Below, in pieces: positions 9,478 to 19,885 of a stretch of DNA of 48,432 bases. The translations under genes were made by a program, and so were the position numbers. The notes below the pieces were generated by a model. The model had not been told where the DNA came from. It saw only the letters and a list, made by a program, of their open reading frames with translations, and did not search any database. The DNA is from Promethearchaeota archaeon Loki_b31. GTDB lineage: Archaea; Asgardarchaeota; Lokiarchaeia; Sigyniarchaeales; SOKP01. Position 1 is the first letter of the stretch. Each line of letters opens with the position of its first letter. Location of the stretch: contig NJBI01000023.1 of the NCBI GenBank assembly GCA_005222975.1, positions 1 through 48,432 on the forward strand, given 5' to 3'.

Positions 9478-10401
9478 ATGACCATAGAGGAATTAAATGA
9501 AGCTCATTTTAATCCAACAGTTTCCAAAATAAGCATGTTCTTATCAGGAATTTTTATGGGTAATGTAGGGATATTTATTTCATTATTAAGTGGGTATCCA
9601 ATTTATTCAATAGTCTTGTTCAGAGGTATTTTTGGAGCTGCTTTTCTAATTATATTTATGTTAATAACAAGATCTTTTTCTATTACTTTCTTTAAAGAGT
9701 GTTTCAAGATGCACTGGAAATATTTAATTATAATAGCAATTTCTAACCCATTGGTAGTATTTCTTTACTTTTGGAATATAACGCTCACTGGTTATGCTTT
9801 TGCAGCTTTTTTATTATATACTAGTGGAGTTTTTTTATTAATCTTTTTAGTAATAACGAAAGAAGATAAAGTATCAAAAATCAACTTTATTAGTTTCATT
9901 TTAGCAATCGTTGGGATATCCATTATAATGGAATTTTGGACCGGTCAAATTTTAATATTGGGGATATTTATTGGGATTTTTTCAGGTTTTTGCTTAGGTA
10001 TTTTGATTTTCTCTAAAAAAAAGATTTATAAAATTAGAGGAAAAGTTCAGTTAAAAATTAATTCGGATGGAAATTTTGATGCATTTTTAACTTTATGGTC
10101 AACTTTATTCTTAATTTTTCCATTTCTACCATTTAGTATTACAGATTTATTTAGAATCACAATTTTGGATTTAATATTTATTTTAGGGCTAGGGCTTATC
10201 CCTACTGCTTTAGCGTTTACATTTTATAATGTTGGAGTGAAAAAAGATAAAGGAGGTAACATTATAATTTTATCTTATTTTGAACCTGTTATGGCAACTA
10301 TTAATACAGCAATTTTTTTAAAAAATCTCTCTATTTTTACCATCATAGGAGGTTTTTTTGTTCTATTAGCTAATTATATTACGCTAAAATATTTAAAGTA
10401 A
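9478..10401 (+). CDS. DMT/EamA family transporter
   Basis: About 10 TM helices in two repeats; PTALAF.FY..G and SYFEPV.A motifs. Confidence 0.85.
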   Translation: MTIEELNEAHFNPTVSKISMFLSGIFMGNVGIFISLLSGYPIYSIVLFRGIFGAAFLIIFMLITRSFSITFFKECFKMHWKYLIIIAISNPLVVFLYFWNITLTGYAFAAFLLYTSGVFLLIFLVITKEDKVSKINFISFILAIVGISIIMEFWTGQILILGIFIGIFSGFCLGILIFSKKKIYKIRGKVQLKINSDGNFDAFLTLWSTLFLIFPFLPFSITDLFRITILDLIFILGLGLIPTALAFTFYNVGVKKDKGGNIIILSYFEPVMATINTAIFLKNLSIFTIIGGFFVLLANYITLKYLK

Positions 10402-10618
10402 GAGAAGCTCGTTATTTGGAAACTTTTTTTTTATATCTAAAATTAAGGATTTCTAACAGGATTTAGAGAATTTTTAAAAAACTTTTTATGATGTCAAATG
10501 ACAGGTAATAAAGAACTGGAAATTTAATCACAAAAATAATTGCACAAAATATGGAAAGAGTAAGGAATTATCGAAAAATTGAAATTCCTTCAAATATTAA
10601 TAAAACAAAAACAAATAC

Positions 10619-11344
10619 ATGTTCTCCATGTCAGATAAGGAAGAAAGGGAAATCTCAAGAATTAAAGAAGTCGAAAGTACCAATTTAGCTCGAGATGATA
10701 TAAGAGAGTTAGTTATTGAAACTAAAAAAGCGGTTGAAAAAGATAATGATTTATTAGCTAATAGAGTTCATCGTAATTTTTTAGACAATAACATCAAGTC
10801 CTTCGATATTGTAGGAGCTATAGGAGCTGGAAAAACTGCTCTGTTGGAAAAGATAGCGGAAAAGTTAACTCCAAAATTTCGAATGTTAGTCATTTGTGGA
10901 GATATTACTACTCGAGTAGATGCCGATCGCATAGAAAAGTATAACGCTGAAACTATTCAGATCAACACGGGTCGAGAATGCGCATTAAACGCGTATCACA
11001 TACACCAAATAATTAAAAACAAGGATTTGCAGAATTACGATGTTATCTTTATCGAAAATGTAGGAAATTTAATATGCCCATCGGAGTTTGTCTTAGGAAC
11101 TGATAAAAGGATAATCGTAGTATCCATCACAGAGGGCGAATGGGTTGTTGAAAAGCATCCTATGCTTTTTAAAATGTCAGATATCGCGGTAATTAATAAG
11201 ATCGATCTAAAAGAACGCTTAGGAACTAATGTTGAGAAAATGATCGCTGACGCTAAAAAAATTAACCCGGAAATAGAGGTTATTACAACAAGTGCTAAAA
11301 CTGGGGAGAATATTGATAAATTAATGGAATTAATAGGATTTTAA
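10619..11344 (+). CDS. hypB: Hydrogenase nickel incorporation GTPase HypB
   Basis: GAIGAGKT, ENVGNLICP, SITEG, KHP.LF, INKIDL, SAKTG. Confidence 0.9.
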   Translation: MFSMSDKEEREISRIKEVESTNLARDDIRELVIETKKAVEKDNDLLANRVHRNFLDNNIKSFDIVGAIGAGKTALLEKIAEKLTPKFRMLVICGDITTRVDADRIEKYNAETIQINTGRECALNAYHIHQIIKNKDLQNYDVIFIENVGNLICPSEFVLGTDKRIIVVSITEGEWVVEKHPMLFKMSDIAVINKIDLKERLGTNVEKMIADAKKINPEIEVITTSAKTGENIDKLMELIGF

Positions 11345-11391
11345 AGTTTAAAAGTGAAATATATAAAAAGTAAAACCTTAGATGAGGGAAT

Positions 11392-11811
11392 ATGAAGGAA
11401 GAATTAACTAAGATTGAGGAAATTATTGTAAATCCTAATGAAATCAAAATATCAAACATTAAAGAATTAATGGAAACATTCTTTGTTAAATTAAAGAATC
11501 GGGTTGACAACTATATTGGAGATTACCCAACTTTTATTGAACCCGTTTATTTAGAAGACAACGTTAAAATTGGAGACGATGTTCTCTTAGGACCAAATGT
11601 ATATGTCGGTGCCAATTCAGAAATCCCAGATTATGTTGAAATATCAAACACGATCATTTTTGATAACGTAAAAATTGGAGAGAACTTTAAATTGGAAAAT
11701 TGTATCGTTGCTAAAAATAGTTCTTTTAATTTTAAAAACCTTAACATGAAAAATAGCGTATTAATTGGAGTTGCCAATTTAAAAAACGAATTACAGAATA
11801 TTGGATTTTAA
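11392..11811 (+). CDS. Left-handed beta-helix (hexapeptide repeat) protein, NDP-sugar synthase C-terminal-like
   Basis: PVYLEDNVKIGDDVLLGPNVYVG...ISNTIIFDNVKIG repeats. Confidence 0.8.
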   Translation: MKEELTKIEEIIVNPNEIKISNIKELMETFFVKLKNRVDNYIGDYPTFIEPVYLEDNVKIGDDVLLGPNVYVGANSEIPDYVEISNTIIFDNVKIGENFKLENCIVAKNSSFNFKNLNMKNSVLIGVANLKNELQNIGF

Positions 11812-11879
11812 ATAATATCGTTATTGCAATTATTAATAAATTCTATGTTAATTGATACAATATAAATTGGTGCTGTTAA

Positions 11880-12707
11880 ATGAAAGATAATGAAAAATAT
11901 TTTAAAACAAATTTAAGAAGATGGAACGAATTAGTTGAGATTAATGCTAAATCCAAATTTTACGACTTAGATGGATTCAAATCGGGTAAATCGTCTCTTT
12001 TTCCAATCGAAAGAGAAGAAATAGGAAATGTGGATGGTAAAACGCTCTTACACCTACAATGTCATTTTGGAATGGACACCCTTTCTTTTGCGCGACTCGG
12101 GGCGAAGGTCACCGGCGTTGATTTCTCAGATAAAGCCATTAAGCTTGCTCGTCAATTAAGCGAAGAATTAAATATCCCTGCTAAGTTTATAAAGGCAAAT
12201 ATTTATGATATACCAGATGTATTACACGAAAAATTTGATATTGTTTTCACATCTAATGGTGTTATTGGCTGGTTGCCGGATTTATATAAATGGGCAGAAA
12301 TAATTGATTATTGTCTGAAACCCGGTGGTACTTTTTATATTACTGAGAATCATCCTTTCGGTAATTTAATCGACGAAAAGTACGATGGTGCTTTTCAGGT
12401 TGGCTACGATTACTTTAACGAAGGAAAACCTTATCGATTTGATGAAGATGATGCATCATACGCCGATCCCAATATTAAATTACAAAATTTTGAAACCTAC
12501 GATTGGTTTCATCCAATGGGAGATGTTATTAATTCATTATTAAAAGTTAATTTTGAGTTAGAATTTCTCCACGAGTTTCCATTTAGTTTTTTTCAGATTC
12601 ATCCCGATATGAAACAAAACAAAGAAACGAAATATTGGGAATTTCAAACTTTAAAGCATTCAGTCCCGATGATTTTTTCGATAAAAGCACATAAAAAGAA
12701 GGATTGA
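11880..12707 (+). CDS. Class I SAM-dependent methyltransferase
   Basis: LLHLQCHFGMDT, VTGVDFS, FDIVFTS, LKPGG motifs. Confidence 0.9.
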   Translation: MKDNEKYFKTNLRRWNELVEINAKSKFYDLDGFKSGKSSLFPIEREEIGNVDGKTLLHLQCHFGMDTLSFARLGAKVTGVDFSDKAIKLARQLSEELNIPAKFIKANIYDIPDVLHEKFDIVFTSNGVIGWLPDLYKWAEIIDYCLKPGGTFYITENHPFGNLIDEKYDGAFQVGYDYFNEGKPYRFDEDDASYADPNIKLQNFETYDWFHPMGDVINSLLKVNFELEFLHEFPFSFFQIHPDMKQNKETKYWEFQTLKHSVPMIFSIKAHKKKD

Positions 12708-12788
12708 TTCTTTATTCTTACTTTTATTTTTAATTTCTTTCTCCGAAAGTAATAAATCTTCTATATTTACACTTGAATGGGAAATTGA

Positions 12789-14317
<1,529 letters not shown>

Positions 14318-14366
14318 AACTTTAGAAAAACTTATTTTTTAAAAACTTTTTTATAAAAAAAAAGAG

Positions 14367-14621
14367 TTAAGGGAAAAGAATTGATACGCCAGTTTTCTTT
14401 TTTGCGGTCCACCGTTTCATTTCATCGTAGCAATCGACGCAGTACCAGGCTCCATCAATAGGATTGTAGGTCATGTCTTTATCTATTGCGACACATCTAC
14501 GACATTTGCATATAGAATTCTGTATTAAATTATTAAGTTCTTGTTCTCTGTCTCCAGATTTACTAGTAAATCTCCTTTTATATAACTTAGATTTTTCATT
14601 AGTTAGTGTATAAAATGACAT
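14367..14621 (-). CDS. Small putative zinc-finger protein
   Basis: CKCRRC...WYCVDC Cys pairs. Confidence 0.7.
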   Translation of the reverse strand: MSFYTLTNEKSKLYKRRFTSKSGDREQELNNLIQNSICKCRRCVAIDKDMTYNPIDGAWYCVDCYDEMKRWTAKKKTGVSILFP

Positions 14622-14717
14622 TTTTGTTTAAAAAGATTTACTTGTAGAAGACGGCTGCTTTAATTGCAGCCGCATTTTCTAAATTTTGTGATTACTTAAA
14701 ATTTAGTGATATTTAAT

Positions 14718-14987
14718 TCAGTCGACAATAAAAATTTGATGACTCAACTTGAGAAATTGTAAATAAACACCTTTATATTTAGCAAAATACTTTCTCACCC
14801 AACTCAGATGAATGCGGAGGCCTTGCTTTAACCGTTTTAATTCTTCGTCTTCAGGGAACTCGGCGATATTTTGGTCCAATTTTAAGATTTTCGCCTCAGT
14901 TTTTAAAATATACTTTTGAAAGGCTTCAAAATTATGCAGAAACACGATACCTTTTACTATAATATTTACTCCTTCTCCCGTTTTCAT
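14718..14987 (-). CDS. Small hypothetical helical protein
   Basis: 89-aa ORF with plausible composition; no recognisable motif. Confidence 0.45.
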   Translation of the reverse strand: MKTGEGVNIIVKGIVFLHNFEAFQKYILKTEAKILKLDQNIAEFPEDEELKRLKQGLRIHLSWVRKYFAKYKGVYLQFLKLSHQIFIVD

Positions 14988-15141
14988 TCGGTGTTTTAAT
15001 GAAGGATAACGCTCTAAGTCCTGACTTCGACAAAAAGATTTAAATATTAGATGGGTAATTTATTAAGTAGTTATTAAATTTAGATAATATTTAGATAAAT
15101 ATAAAAATTCGTGAAATTTATTTAATGAGGAGATATTTATT

Positions 15142-15774
15142 TTGCCTGAGGATTTAATTAATTTAATAGTAGATTTATATGAGAAGGAAGCTATAGAATT
15201 GGTACAAAAAAAAGTCGAAGTGGGAGAGGATCCCCTAAAAATCTTGGACCAAGTTAGACTAGCTATGGCTAAGGTTGGAGAGAAATTTGAGAACAAGGAA
15301 TTTTTCCTACCGGACTTGATCATGTCAGGTGAAATACTAAGACAGATAACCGAAATCTTGGAACCAAAGCTTAAAGCTGGTCTCAAGGCCGAAAGTCTGG
15401 GAAAGATTGTTTTGGGAACTGTTTTCGGCGATATACATGATATAGGGAAGGATATTGTTAGATTCATGCTGGAAACAAATGGATTTGAGGTTTACGATCT
15501 CGGCGTAGATGTACCAAAAGGAAAATTCGTGGAAAAAATCAAAGAAGTAAATCCAGAAATTATAGCTCTGAGCGGATTCTTAACTCTAGCATATAATTCC
15601 ATGAAAGAAACCATAGAAGAAATTAAGAAAGCGGGATTAAGAGAAAAAGCGAAAATAATGATTGGAGGAGGTCAGATGGATGAGCGAATAAGGAAATATG
15701 TGGGTGCGGACGCCTATGGAGAAGATGCAGTCGAAGCAGTGGTTTTGGCCAAAAAATGGGTAGGAGCTAAGTAA
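15142..15774 (+). CDS. Corrinoid (B12-binding) methyltransferase partner protein
   Basis: Cap domain (VGEKFE..EFFLPDLIMSGE) plus GDIHDIGK, DLGVDVP and IMIGG. Confidence 0.9.
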   Translation: MPEDLINLIVDLYEKEAIELVQKKVEVGEDPLKILDQVRLAMAKVGEKFENKEFFLPDLIMSGEILRQITEILEPKLKAGLKAESLGKIVLGTVFGDIHDIGKDIVRFMLETNGFEVYDLGVDVPKGKFVEKIKEVNPEIIALSGFLTLAYNSMKETIEEIKKAGLREKAKIMIGGGQMDERIRKYVGADAYGEDAVEAVVLAKKWVGAK

Positions 15775-15809
15775 GAATCCTCAGTAAAGAATTTGTAGGA
15801 GGAAAAAAA

Positions 15810-17147
15810 ATGGAAAAGAAATTGGAAGAGTTATTAACAGATGAAAAGCAGGATGAGATGTTTAAAAGGTGGCTCTCACCACAGGGCATAGAGTTTGCTA
15901 GTCCCGAAGCCGAGAAGTCTTATAAGGAAAGAGTAACAAGGATAAAGGATGCTATTCAATTGAAAAAAATGCCTGATAGAGTTCCGGTCGTTCTAATGGT
16001 TGGTTTTTTCCCCGCTTTTTATAGCGGAATAACCCCCAGAGAGGCTATGTATGACTACGATAAACTCTTTATGGCATGGAAAAAAATGGTTTTGGATTTT
16101 GAGCCAGATGCGCATATTGGTTGTTTCATACCAAGCCCAGGAAAACTCTTTGATATCCTTGATTATAAATTATATGCATGGCCTGGTCATGGAGTCTCTC
16201 CTAACCATTCATACCAGTGCCTTGAGAGTGAATACATGAAGGCGGATGAATATGATGCTTTGATTCAAGATCCATCAGGTTTCTTCAGGAGCGTTTATTT
16301 ACCGCGTATATTTGGGGCGTTAGAACCCCTTAAACAGTTAGCCCCCCTCACCAACATAATCGAATTGCCATTCACTGGCGGTAATATCCTACCATACGGT
16401 CTACCAGACGTTCAGGAGGCCCTTAAAGCACTTATGGAAGCAGGAAGTGAAGCCCTAAAATGGGGGGGTGTGCTCGGAACGTTCGATAAGGAGATGGCGG
16501 AAGCAGGATATCCTAACTTCTTTGGTGGAGCAACGAAGACACCTTATGATACCATTGGCGATACCCTCAGAGGTACTAAAGGGATAATGCTTGATTTATA
16601 CCGTCAGCCTGATAAGTTACTTAAAGCACTTGAAGTGGTAACGCCTTTAATGGTTAACATGGGCGTATCCATGACTAAGATGACCGGAAATCCTATTGTA
16701 TTTATACCTTTACATAAAGGAGCCGATGGCTTTCTCTCTGATGAGCAGTTTAAGACCTTCTACTGGCCATCTTTTAGAAAGCTCCTAATGGGCTTGATTG
16801 AAGAGGGTTGCGTGCCATTTTCTTATGCTGAGGGTGGCTTTAACACGCGCCTGGAAATTATTAAGGATTTGCCTAGAGGTAAGGTCATATGGGCGTTCGA
16901 CACAACAGATATGAGTAAAGCAAAAGAAATTTTAGGCGACTCTGCCTGCGTAGGGGGCAACATGCCCATCGCTTTGTTAAAAATAGGCACACCCCAAGAA
17001 GTAAAAGATTACGCAAAGCAACTATTAGATACTGCCGGTAAAGATGGTGGTTACATAATGATCAACGGTGCGGTAATTGAAGAGGCAAAACCAGAAAATG
17101 TAAAAGCTATGATTGATTTCACCAAGGAATACGGCGTATATAAATAA
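15810..17147 (+). CDS. Uroporphyrinogen decarboxylase-fold (MtaA/CmuA-like) methyltransferase family protein
   Basis: PDRVPV, LRG.KG.M.D, F.S.EQF.TFYWP, GT..EV, GGYI and AKPENV motifs; GGAGG RBS; follows the corrinoid gene. Confidence 0.85.
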   Translation: MEKKLEELLTDEKQDEMFKRWLSPQGIEFASPEAEKSYKERVTRIKDAIQLKKMPDRVPVVLMVGFFPAFYSGITPREAMYDYDKLFMAWKKMVLDFEPDAHIGCFIPSPGKLFDILDYKLYAWPGHGVSPNHSYQCLESEYMKADEYDALIQDPSGFFRSVYLPRIFGALEPLKQLAPLTNIIELPFTGGNILPYGLPDVQEALKALMEAGSEALKWGGVLGTFDKEMAEAGYPNFFGGATKTPYDTIGDTLRGTKGIMLDLYRQPDKLLKALEVVTPLMVNMGVSMTKMTGNPIVFIPLHKGADGFLSDEQFKTFYWPSFRKLLMGLIEEGCVPFSYAEGGFNTRLEIIKDLPRGKVIWAFDTTDMSKAKEILGDSACVGGNMPIALLKIGTPQEVKDYAKQLLDTAGKDGGYIMINGAVIEEAKPENVKAMIDFTKEYGVYK

Positions 17148-17455
17148 ATAAGTATTTTTAATTTTTTACTATTTTTTTTTAAACAGAATATAATTCGATG
17201 TGCTAAACGATAATCAAAATTTATAGGAGTTTCATATTCTGGTTCATCCAAAAGCTTCAATAGTTTATAATAATCATCTTCTTTCATTATATTTTAAACT
17301 CTTTTAGTAAAACAGATATGAGATTTTTACGATCTTCGAAAAAAATCTCCAAGTAAACCTATATTGCAACAGGGGCAAGATTATTACAGATTGTAAGTTT
17401 TGAATCGACCCGAAGGAAAAATTCATAGAATAAAAAAAATAATAATTATTAATTT

Positions 17456-18572
17456 TTAAGCGCTCAACAAGGTCTTTGCGTTGGTTTGCCATTCAAAGAC
17501 CATTTTAGAAGAGACGCCGCAAATTTTAGTAGCCACTTGTTCGGGGCCGGAACTTATCAACTCTTTTACAGAGCCTACTCCGACCTTTATTAAGTTCTTT
17601 GCGGTGCCGGCTCCAATTCCTTTAACATCGATGAGCGAATGCTTACCGTTGCTATTATCGGAAATTTTGCTCTCTTCGGCGTTAATCTCTTCTTCATACA
17701 ATGTTTCGACTTCGAAATCTAAGCCTTGAGCTTCGGGAACATTTCCCTTTTCCGTGTCGGCAATTCCTACGCTCGTCATGTAAAACTCTGCCTCTTCAGG
17801 TGGCAAGTCTGGCGCGTCCACTATTATAGCTCTACGCTTCAGCGAATTGTTCGAAGAGAACCCCTTTGTCTTGAACATAACTCTGAAATGGCAGCCATGG
17901 GCTACGATTTAGAAGTGATTGATGAAATATCTTATCACTATTTCCGCCAATTGCGTCGTTTCCCGAGAACATTCCCATCATCTTAGTTGAAACTTGATTG
18001 GTTAAAAGAATGGCGCAATTGTAAGTCTCCAAGATTCGAGAAAGGGCGTGTATCATATTGTTTAAAAAGCTTTGCCGGCGAGCTAACATGCCAATACCCA
18101 CATATTCGGCTCGTAATAGTGCCATTAAACTATCTACTACAATTAGACGCATGTTTCGAGTTTTGCATAACGTTTCGGCTTTTTGAATCATCTGCGATTG
18201 GTGGTCCGACGAATATATTCTGGCGTGGTAAATTTGCGATAGAACCTTTTTAGGAACAAGCCCAAACCTTTTAGCGATATGCTTGATTTTTTCCTTAGAA
18301 AAAGTGTTTTCGGTGTCGATGTAAGCTACTGCCGAACCGAGACCCCCCTTGCTCTTAGGAAGCTGGATGGTTACAGCGATCGTGTGAGCTAAGTTGGTTT
18401 TACCTGACTTAAAAGGCCCGTACACTTCGGTAAGTTTGCCAGTTTGGAACCCGCCACCTAAAATTCGGTTCAGTTCGGAAGAGCCAGTGGTAATGTACTC
18501 GGTGTTCTCGTCGATGTCTCCGGCAGGTATGAACTCAGTCATACCCAAAGCGTTACGCGCGTTCCAAATCAA
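17456..18572 (-). pseudogene. radA: RadA/Rad51-like recombinase, 5'-truncated and split by a 31-nt insertion; C-terminal HhH extension
   Basis: Walker A GPFKSGKT, YIDTENTF, Walker B LIVVDS, RRQ and TNQV. Removing 17909-17939 joins ORFs 17832-18572 and 17456-17878 into ...IGGNIVAHGCHFRVMFK...DAPDLP (361 aa). The N-terminal domain is absent, with an in-frame stop shortly upstream of TDKKLIWNAR. Confidence 0.85.
17909..17939 (-). other. 31-nt hairpin insertion in radA; candidate BHB/BHL-type archaeal intron
   Basis: AGTGATAAGATATTTCATCAATCACTTCTAA; its removal restores the frame. The insertion is clear, while intron status is inference. Confidence 0.55.
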
Positions 18573-18645
18573 TTTTTTGTCGGTATGATAAGAATGAATA
18601 ATTTTAAAATATTAATATTAAAAAAGACATAAATGAGAAATAAAA

Positions 18646-18864
18646 ATGATTTTTCAAGAGACTATTTTTCAAGAGACTATTTTTGCAATTACATGGTTTA
18701 GTGTAATTATTATAATAGTCATTATTTATGTAATAGCAATACCTATAGCTGTATGGGTTTACAACGATGCTAAGAAAAGAGATATGAATGCTGCAGTGTG
18801 GTTATTAATTGTGTTAATAACTAGCTGTATCGGATATATTATATATTTGATAGTTAGAGAATAG
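18646..18864 (+). CDS. Small 2-TM membrane protein (PLDc N-terminal-like)
   Basis: WVYNDAKKR.M.A..W..IV....G.I.YL pattern. Confidence 0.75.
   Translation: MIFQETIFQETIFAITWFSVIIIIVIIYVIAIPIAVWVYNDAKKRDMNAAVWLLIVLITSCIGYIIYLIVRE
18649..18684 (+). repeat. 15-bp tandem duplication (IFQET x2)
   Basis: ATTTTTCAAGAGACT x2 followed by ATTTTT. Confidence 0.9.
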
Positions 18865-19080
18865 TCATGAGAAGATTTTGGAAGTAAAAGTAGATTTATA
18901 ATTTTTGTTGGTTTATTAGCTTTTGATTTTCTTTTTTTTACAAAAATTAATTAAAATTGATCATTTTGGAGATAAAAGTAAAGATTTAAATTTTGTTCTT
19001 TCTAAATATTAAACGTTCAAAAATAAAGATTGTTCCTAAAAAGTATATGAAAACCAATTAAAAATAAAGGTGTATAAAAA

Positions 19081-19248
19081 ATGGTTAGGAAAAAGAAAGA
19101 AAAGAAAAAGAAAATGAAGCAAGAAGAGAAAGAAGAAGAGAAGGAAGAAGAGAAAGAAGAAGAGAAGGAAGAAGAGAAAGAAGAAGAGAAAGAGGAAGAA
19201 AAAGAAGAAGAGAAAGAAGAAGAGAAAGAGGAAGAAAAAGAAGAATAG
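19081..19248 (+). CDS. 55-aa microprotein with Lys-rich N-terminus and (KEEE)n repeat (not in ORF track)
   Basis: MVRKKKEKKKKMKQEE(KEEE)9KEE*; AAGGTG RBS-like upstream; repeat units differ only synonymously. Confidence 0.65.
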   Translation: MVRKKKEKKKKMKQEEKEEEKEEEKEEEKEEEKEEEKEEEKEEEKEEEKEEEKEE

Positions 19249-19617
19249 TAATTACTTAAATATATGTTAATTTAGACTTCTCTCGTTGTTTCCAAATAAT
19301 TATTGTTTTTTCGATAATCCAAATACATATACAAGGAAAAATAAAATCGTAATTTATTAAGATATATCCACAAAAATATAAATATTTTAATATCTGCATG
19401 TGTCTATAAAAATTAGGAAGGGAAAATTTATTCAAAGATAATTTGAGCTAAACATTGGATTTCGCCCTCTATTAAACTCTAGCGAGTTTAATCTCTCCCT
19501 GATTTTTTTATAATTGCTCATATTTCTTTTCCCTTCTCCTCGTAAGAGAATTTAGGAAAATAATAAAAACTAAATTTAAGTGAATCAGGATTAATACAAG
19601 GAAAGGAAGTGACTTAA

Positions 19618-19788
19618 ATAAGGTTAAAAGTATGTTTTAAATGTCATGAATATGTACCTATTCTTGAGGATAATTATATCAATAAAGAAAAATTGGAAAA
19701 GTTTGATTCATTACATTCTGGCCATCCTGTTCAGATTGTAAATGAAGAAGAGTTAGAGAATAAAAGAGAATGGAAATCATTTTTTTGA
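19618..19788 (+). CDS. 56-aa CxxC...HxxH metal-binding microprotein, ATA start or start-codon mutant (not in ORF track)
   Basis: ATA-RLKVCFKCHEYVPILEDNYINKEKLEKFDSLHSGHPVQIVNEEELENKREWKSFF*; GGAAGTGA upstream. Confidence 0.6.
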   Translation: MRLKVCFKCHEYVPILEDNYINKEKLEKFDSLHSGHPVQIVNEEELENKREWKSFF

Positions 19789-19885
19789 AAATAAGAAGAA
19801 AAAGGAGATGAGAATGAATAAAGAAATATCCAAACTTTTATATGTTACTAGTTAATAAAGGAATAATTTTGTGAGTCTGCAAAAT

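Noticed and set aside
14645-14720. Hairpin as a SECIS for the TGA ending the 89-aa ORF
   Set aside because: Readthrough adds only four residues, there is no redox-motif context, and the hairpin lacks a convincing SECIS core.
17051-17492. ORFs 17051-17287 and 17304-17492
   Set aside because: They overlap real genes and have no recognisable motif; possibly remnants but unsupported.
19120-19245. Purine-rich repeat as a CRISPR array or non-coding microsatellite
   Set aside because: No spacers; the variation is synonymous within an ORF.
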